Origin: Vibrio vulnificus CMCP6
GTDB taxonomy: Bacteria; Pseudomonadota; Gammaproteobacteria; Enterobacterales; Vibrionaceae
Length of the DNA stretch: 32,000 bases
Reading direction: 5' to 3'
Assembly (NCBI RefSeq): GCF_000039765.1
Contig: NC_004459.3
Location: forward strand, 1,920,001 to 1,952,000
Every line of letters begins with the position of its first letter. Position 1 is the stretch's first letter. This document shows positions 27,596-32,000 of the stretch, in pieces. The position numbers and the translations under genes were made by a program. A model generated the notes under the pieces. The model did no database searches, was not told the origin of the DNA, and saw only the letters and a list, made by a program, of their open reading frames with translations.

Positions 27596-28726
27596 ATGGC
27601 GATAAAAGTATTAGTAGTTGATGACTCCAGTTTTTTCCGACGTCGGGTGAGCGAGATCATCAATGCAGAATCGCGCCTAGAAGTGATTGATGTGGCGGTA
27701 AATGGTAAAGAGGCGGTTGAAAAAGCCAAACGCCTCAAGCCGGACGTCATCACTATGGACATTGAAATGCCTGTCATGGACGGCATTTCAGCTGTTCGTG
27801 AAATCATGGCGTCGGTACCGACGCCTATTTTGATGTTTTCTTCGCTTACTCATGATGGTGCAAAAGCAACGCTAGATGCACTGGATGCCGGAGCTTTGGA
27901 TTTCTTACCGAAGAAATTTGAAGATATTGCTCGTAACCGAGATGAAGCCGTTTCGCTACTGCAACAGCGCGTCATTCAGATTGCTTCAAAGCGTGCATTT
28001 ATGCGTCGTCCTGTGGCCTCTTCTACGCCAGTTCAAGAAAGACCACAAAGTACGTTAAATCGCCCAACGACAGGGTTACGCCGTGAGGCGCCTGCACAAG
28101 CCCCCGTTTCTCGTGCGCCTGTGGCGGCTAAGTTCAGAGCTTCAGGAAAAAAATACCAGCTGACTGCGATTGGTACCTCAACTGGTGGGCCTGTCGCATT
28201 GCAGAAAATTCTGACCAAGCTACCAGCAAATTACCCTCATCCCATTGTACTTATCCAGCACATGCCTGCGACATTTACAGCCGCTTTTGCTAGCCGCCTA
28301 AACTCACTGTGTAAGATTCAAGTGAAAGAAGCGGAAGATGGCGACGTGCTACAAGCGGGCGTCGCTTATTTGGCGCCAGGTGGCAAGCAGATGATGATTG
28401 ATGGCCGCCCTGGAGCTGCAAGATTGCGCATTATTGATGGTGGTGAACGCATGAACTACAAGCCTTGCGTGGACGTCACTTTTGGATCTGCAGCGAAAAT
28501 TTACGCCGACAAAGTTCTCTCTATGGTGTTGACCGGGATGGGTGCGGATGGCCGTGAAGGTGCGCGCATGCTGAAATCGGCAGGGGCGACTATCTGGGCT
28601 CAGGATGAAGATAGCTGTGTTGTTTATGGCATGCCACAGGCTGTGGCCAAAGCAGGATTGTCAACTGAAGACCTGCCTTTGGAACGTATCGCCGAACGTA
28701 TGCTAGTTGAAGTGGGACTAGCATAA
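27596..28726 (+). CDS. cheB: Chemotaxis protein-glutamate methylesterase CheB
   Basis: 376 aa. The receiver domain has VLVVDDS and [13 protein letters not shown]. The C-terminal methylesterase domain has [13 protein letters not shown] and TGMGADG. Confidence 0.95.
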   Translation: MAIKVLVVDDSSFFRRRVSEIINAESRLEVIDVAVNGKEAVEKAKRLKPDVITMDIEMPVMDGISAVREIMASVPTPILMFSSLTHDGAKATLDALDAGALDFLPKKFEDIARNRDEAVSLLQQRVIQIASKRAFMRRPVASSTPVQERPQSTLNRPTTGLRREAPAQAPVSRAPVAAKFRASGKKYQLTAIGTSTGGPVALQKILTKLPANYPHPIVLIQHMPATFTAAFASRLNSLCKIQVKEAEDGDVLQAGVAYLAPGGKQMMIDGRPGAARLRIIDGGERMNYKPCVDVTFGSAAKIYADKVLSMVLTGMGADGREGARMLKSAGATIWAQDEDSCVVYGMPQAVAKAGLSTEDLPLERIAERMLVEVGLA

Positions 28727-28734
28727 GGACAGAT

Positions 28735-29511
28735 ATGATAGTTTGGAGTGTTGCAAATCAAAAAGGTGGTGTTGGTAAAACCACCACCACAGTCACTCTA
28801 GCTGGGCTACTGAGCAAAAAAGGCCATCGTGTTCTTTTGGTTGACACCGATCCACACGCATCACTAACGACCTATCTAGGCTTCGACCCCGATGCGGTCA
28901 CCAGCAGCCTATTTGATCTTTTTCAACTTAAAGAGTTTACGCGTGAAGCGGTTAAACCGTTGTTGTTGAAAACAGATGTGGAAGGGATCGATATCATACC
29001 CGCACACATGTCTTTGGCGACCTTAGACCGAGTGATGGGCAACCGCAGTGGAATGGGCTTAATCTTAAAGCGTGCGTTAATCGCGTTGTCCAAAGATTAT
29101 GACTATGTGCTGATTGATTGTCCGCCAATTCTTGGCGTCATGATGGTCAATGCTCTGGCGGCCAGTGACCGAATCTTAATTCCAGTTCAAACGGAATTCT
29201 TAGCCATGAAAGGCTTAGAGCGAATGATTCGTACGCTCGCGATTATGCAAAAATCGCGTCGAGATCCCTTTAAAGTCACCATTGTGCCAACGATGTACGA
29301 CAAACGCACCAAGGCGTCGTTACAAACATTAACGCAGCTTAAGAAAGATTACCCAAATCAAGTTTGGACATCGGCGGTGCCCATTGACACCAAGTTCAGA
29401 GACGCGAGCTTAAAACGTTTACCCGCTTCGCATTTTGCAGAAGGAAGCCGCGGGGTATTTGCCTACAAACAATTGCTGATTTACTTAGAGAGGTTAGCGA
29501 TTGATGAGTAG
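28735..29511 (+). CDS. parC: ParA-like ATPase of the chemotaxis cluster (ParC-type, polar array partitioning)
   Basis: 258 aa. It has the deviant Walker A NQKGGVGKTTT and Walker B VLIDCPP. Its position between cheB and the CheW-domain gene matches ParC as described in V. cholerae. Confidence 0.8.
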   Translation: MIVWSVANQKGGVGKTTTTVTLAGLLSKKGHRVLLVDTDPHASLTTYLGFDPDAVTSSLFDLFQLKEFTREAVKPLLLKTDVEGIDIIPAHMSLATLDRVMGNRSGMGLILKRALIALSKDYDYVLIDCPPILGVMMVNALAASDRILIPVQTEFLAMKGLERMIRTLAIMQKSRRDPFKVTIVPTMYDKRTKASLQTLTQLKKDYPNQVWTSAVPIDTKFRDASLKRLPASHFAEGSRGVFAYKQLLIYLERLAIDE

Positions 29512-30574
29512 CAAAGAAGCGGTGTTATCCAGTGAAAAAGCGTTAGATGATTACTTCAGCGCACTCTTAGACGAAGAGCAAGAGCTGGAGCTTATTGTTG
29601 AAGAGGATGAGCAGACTGCCGATTGGTCAGGGGCATCTTACGAACCAGAACTGCAAATCAAGTATTCAGAGCCAGAGTCTTATAGCTATGCCGAAACAGA
29701 GCTAAAAGAATTTGAAGCACCGAATCTGGAAGATGTTGAACGCTTACTCAGTCAACTTGAGTCAACCAATGTCGTTGACGAATTGGGTATCGACGAAATT
29801 TTGGCGCAGAACACCGCGTCCATCGCTGAGCTTCAGCAAGAAACCAGTCAGGTTGCCGAAGACGTCGCTGTCATCGAAGAAGAACCTGTCGCCATCTTGG
29901 AAGAGGAAATCCAAGATTGGACAGTAGAAACCGAGGTGGTTGAAGAGATTCAGGATTGGCAAGTCGATGTCGAGGAGCCAGAAATTGCGCCTGTCGAGAT
30001 CGAACCTGAAGTTGAAACCATTGAGGCTGAAGTAGAGCAAATCGCCGAAGACGTTCAGGTTGAGTTAGAAACGCAAACGTCTGCTAGTGAACAGAAAGAT
30101 TGGACGTCGACTCAACGAGATATCGCTTTCCAAGTGCTCTATTTTGACGTCAACAGCGTCACCTTTGCTGTTCCGTTGGATGAGTTGGGTGGCATCCATC
30201 AACTGACACAGTTGAACCACTTAATCGGCAGGCCGGGTTGGTACCTAGGCTTGCAAACCAATCGGGATCAGCAACTGGATGTGGTTGATACGGCACGTTG
30301 GGTCATGCCAGACAAACTGGCTGATGAAGAATACAAATCGAACTATCAATATATTGTCATGCTAGGTAATAGCATGTGGGGTTTAGCCAGCAATAAGTTG
30401 CTGGGCACTGAGCTTCTTTATCCAGAAAAAGTGCGTTGGCGCGAGCAATCGGGTAAGCGTCCTTGGCTTGCTGGCATGGTGAAAGAGAAAATGTGTGCTT
30501 TAATTCATGTAGACGCATTAATTTCCATGCTAAATGCCGGGCTGGATGTAAAATCATTAAATTCAGAATTTTGA
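29501..30574 (+). CDS. parP: CheW-domain protein ParP-type (ParC partner)
   Basis: 357 aa. A highly acidic N-terminal and linker region is followed by a C-terminal CheW-like domain (FQVLYFDVNSVTFAVPLDELGGI). The start is either TTG 29501 or ATG 29504, and both overlap the parC stop. Confidence 0.75.
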   Translation: MMSSKEAVLSSEKALDDYFSALLDEEQELELIVEEDEQTADWSGASYEPELQIKYSEPESYSYAETELKEFEAPNLEDVERLLSQLESTNVVDELGIDEILAQNTASIAELQQETSQVAEDVAVIEEEPVAILEEEIQDWTVETEVVEEIQDWQVDVEEPEIAPVEIEPEVETIEAEVEQIAEDVQVELETQTSASEQKDWTSTQRDIAFQVLYFDVNSVTFAVPLDELGGIHQLTQLNHLIGRPGWYLGLQTNRDQQLDVVDTARWVMPDKLADEEYKSNYQYIVMLGNSMWGLASNKLLGTELLYPEKVRWREQSGKRPWLAGMVKEKMCALIHVDALISMLNAGLDVKSLNSEF

Positions 30575-30606
30575 GAAGTCGGGAACGACATTAACGAGGA
30601 TTAGCC

Positions 30607-31101
30607 ATGTCTCATTCTAACGAAGTAGAAGTTAAAAAAGATCACACAAATGATGAAGTACTTCAGTGGGTGACGTTCCAGCTGGAAGAAGAAACTTACG
30701 GCATTAACGTAATGCAAGTTCGTGAAGTGCTTCGTTATACAGAAATTGCACCTGTTCCGGGCGCGCCAGATTACGTTTTAGGCATCATCAACCTACGTGG
30801 TAACGTCGTAACGGTTATCGATACACGTTCTCGTTTTGGTTTGATGGAAGGTGAAGTGACAGACAACACCCGTATCATCGTGATTGAATCTGAGCATCAA
30901 GTGATTGGTATCTTAGTCGATAGTGTTGCGGAAGTGGTTTACCTACGTTCATCTGAAATTGACTCGACGCCTTCTGTGGGCACAGACGAAAGCGCGAAAT
31001 TCATCCAAGGTGTAAGCAACCGTGACGGCAAACTATTGATTCTAGTTGACCTTAACAAGCTACTGACCGACGAAGAATGGGATGAAATGGCTCATCTATA
31101 A
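30607..31101 (+). CDS. cheW: Chemotaxis coupling protein CheW
   Basis: 164 aa with a canonical CheW fold sequence (QWVTFQLEEETYGINVMQVREVLRY..GIINLRGNVVTVIDTR). Confidence 0.95.
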   Translation: MSHSNEVEVKKDHTNDEVLQWVTFQLEEETYGINVMQVREVLRYTEIAPVPGAPDYVLGIINLRGNVVTVIDTRSRFGLMEGEVTDNTRIIVIESEHQVIGILVDSVAEVVYLRSSEIDSTPSVGTDESAKFIQGVSNRDGKLLILVDLNKLLTDEEWDEMAHL

Positions 31102-31601
31102 TGGTTGAGATGTTTTCTAATAGTCCAGCGTTGCTTGTCGGTGTTGGACTTTTCGTCTTACTGTTGTTGGTTGTGCTTCAGCTACGGATAAAAGCGACGT
31201 TGCAAGCGCGTTTGGATAGCCAAGGGCAGAAGCTGCGTAGCAGCGAGAAAGAGTTACAAAAAGCGAACAAGCAGCTATTAGAAGTGAGATCGGTTGTTAT
31301 CGGTTTAGGCCAACGCGTCAGTGAGCAACAAGAGATCATTCAACACTTAACAGAGCGCGTGGTTGAGCTTGAGCAAGCGGATACCGACGGGCGTTTGTAT
31401 ACTCGAGCCAGCAAAATGGTTCAACTTGGCGCAGACGTCAACGAACTGATTAAAGAGTGCGAACTGCCAAAAGCAGAAGCCGAGTTGATGCTTTCTCTGC
31501 AAAAGAAAATTGCAGGTAAAGAGAAAATTCCACCGCTAAGCAGCCAATTGTCGGACTTAGACGAAACGGCAGCAAAAAAAGCACCGACGCGTCGCCGATA
31601 G
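31101..31601 (+). CDS. Uncharacterised membrane-anchored coiled-coil protein (from memory, resembles the DUF2802 family found after cheW in gammaproteobacterial clusters)
   Basis: 166 aa. Its ATG overlaps the cheW stop (TAATG). It has an N-terminal transmembrane helix (ALLVGVGLFVLLLLVVLQL), a heptad-like charged helix, a short C-terminal helical module (GADVNELIKECELPKAEAELMLSL) and a basic tail. No catalytic motif is recognised. Confidence 0.7.
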   Translation: MVEMFSNSPALLVGVGLFVLLLLVVLQLRIKATLQARLDSQGQKLRSSEKELQKANKQLLEVRSVVIGLGQRVSEQQEIIQHLTERVVELEQADTDGRLYTRASKMVQLGADVNELIKECELPKAEAELMLSLQKKIAGKEKIPPLSSQLSDLDETAAKKAPTRRR

Positions 31602-31625
31602 TGTGATTTAAACAGTTAGAGAGAC

Positions 31626-31653
31626 AAAAAGAAGCTTCGGCTTCTTTTTTTTT
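31626..31653. terminator. Bidirectional rho-independent terminator closing the flagellar/chemotaxis operon
   Basis: AAAAAGAAGC-TTCG-GCTTCTTTTT forms the hairpin, with GAAGC at 31631-31635 and GCTTC at 31640-31644. It is flanked by an A run on the 5' side and a T run to about 31653 on the 3' side. Confidence 0.85.
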
Positions 31654-31836
31654 GTATTTGGCCAAAAACGGCCATTTCTCCATGATTCATGCATCTGAAG
31701 GAATAGAGGTGGAAAGTTCAAGGAACTCAATAAAATTGAGAGACTTATCACTCTATAGAGGTAAATTTAAATAAATGTGATAACAGGTTAACAAATTCTC
31801 ACCAACTGACAAACATAGAGGCTTTGTTATCCTGTC

Positions 31837-31865
31837 TTGTCACTTATTAGGTGTGTTAATATACC
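31837..31865 (+). promoter_or_regulatory. Candidate sigma-70 promoter for ccmA
   Basis: TTGTCA (31837-31842) is followed by 17 nt and then TATACC (31860-31865). It lies about 29 nt upstream of the ccmA ATG. This is a motif match only. Confidence 0.3.
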
Positions 31866-31893
31866 CCTCTAATTTGTGTCGCTATGAATCCTT

Positions 31894-32000
31894 ATGCTAG
31901 AAGTATCCAATTTAACTGCTATTCGCGATGAACGCGTCCTTTTTGAAAATCTTCAGTTTGAAATCAAACCCGGTGAGTTGGTGCAGATTGAAGGTCGAAA
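31894..32000 (+). CDS. ccmA: Heme exporter ABC ATPase CcmA, 5' fragment (continues beyond the window)
   Basis: ATG 31894 opens [35 protein letters not shown].., a typical ABC-ATPase/CcmA N-terminus running up to the Walker A region. The frame is open to the window end. From memory, ccmA follows this cluster in Vibrio. Confidence 0.65.
   Translation, partial: MLEVSNLTAIRDERVLFENLQFEIKPGELVQIEGR

Noticed and set aside
31575-31601. A sigma-28-like element, AAAA-N15-GCCGATAG, at the 3' end of the last operon ORF.
   Set aside because: The -10 matches GCCGATAA at 7 of 8 positions, but the -35 is only an A run. It is inside a coding region. The only sequence downstream before the strong terminator is about 40 nt, so there is nothing obvious to transcribe. 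It is probably a chance match; 5'-end mapping in a fliA mutant would settle it.
1-32000. A search by eye for CRISPR arrays, tRNA or rRNA genes, IS or transposase or integrase genes, toxin-antitoxin pairs and defence-system-like ORFs.
   Set aside because: None was found. The coding density is fully accounted for by one co-directional flagellar and chemotaxis gene set, and the few spacers are short and explained by promoters and terminators. This looks like a core locus, not an accessory island.

Overview
The window is almost entirely a Vibrio-type polar-flagellum 'region 2' locus followed by its F6-type chemotaxis cluster. All genes are on the + strand and tightly packed, many with overlapping stop and start codons. 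The order is: flaI' (3' fragment), fliS, terminator, flrA, flrBC, fliEFGHIJ, fliKLMNOPQR-flhB, flhA, flhF-flhG-fliA-cheY-cheZ-cheA-cheB-parC-parP-cheW-orf166, terminator, then the 5' end of ccmA. V. cholerae gene names are used, but the species cannot be fixed from the sequence. flhB and flhA are adjacent here, which from memory resembles V. parahaemolyticus/V. vulnificus rather than V. cholerae N16961. Four sequences match the sigma-54 -24/-12 consensus (TGGCAC-N5-TTGC) with exact spacing, one upstream of each of flrB, fliE, fliK and flhA. This fits the known FlrA/FlrC/sigma-54 hierarchy. I found no tRNA, rRNA, CRISPR array, IS or integrase remnant, or phage or defence genes. I do not see evidence for an undescribed multi-gene system. 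Every long sense-strand ORF except one belongs to a well-known flagellar or chemotaxis family, and the long antisense ORFs look like shadow ORFs. The least-charted parts are as follows. (1) The CheA P1-P3 linker has no obvious globular P2 domain and carries three spaced copies of a peptide resembling the CheY-binding FliM N-terminus and CheZ C-terminus. (2) An uncharacterised membrane-anchored coiled-coil ORF is translationally coupled to cheW. (3) Several hairpins and repeats overlap or flank the sigma-54 promoters and sit in the fliG-fliH spacer. All calls come from reading the sequence and recalling family motifs; no searches were run.
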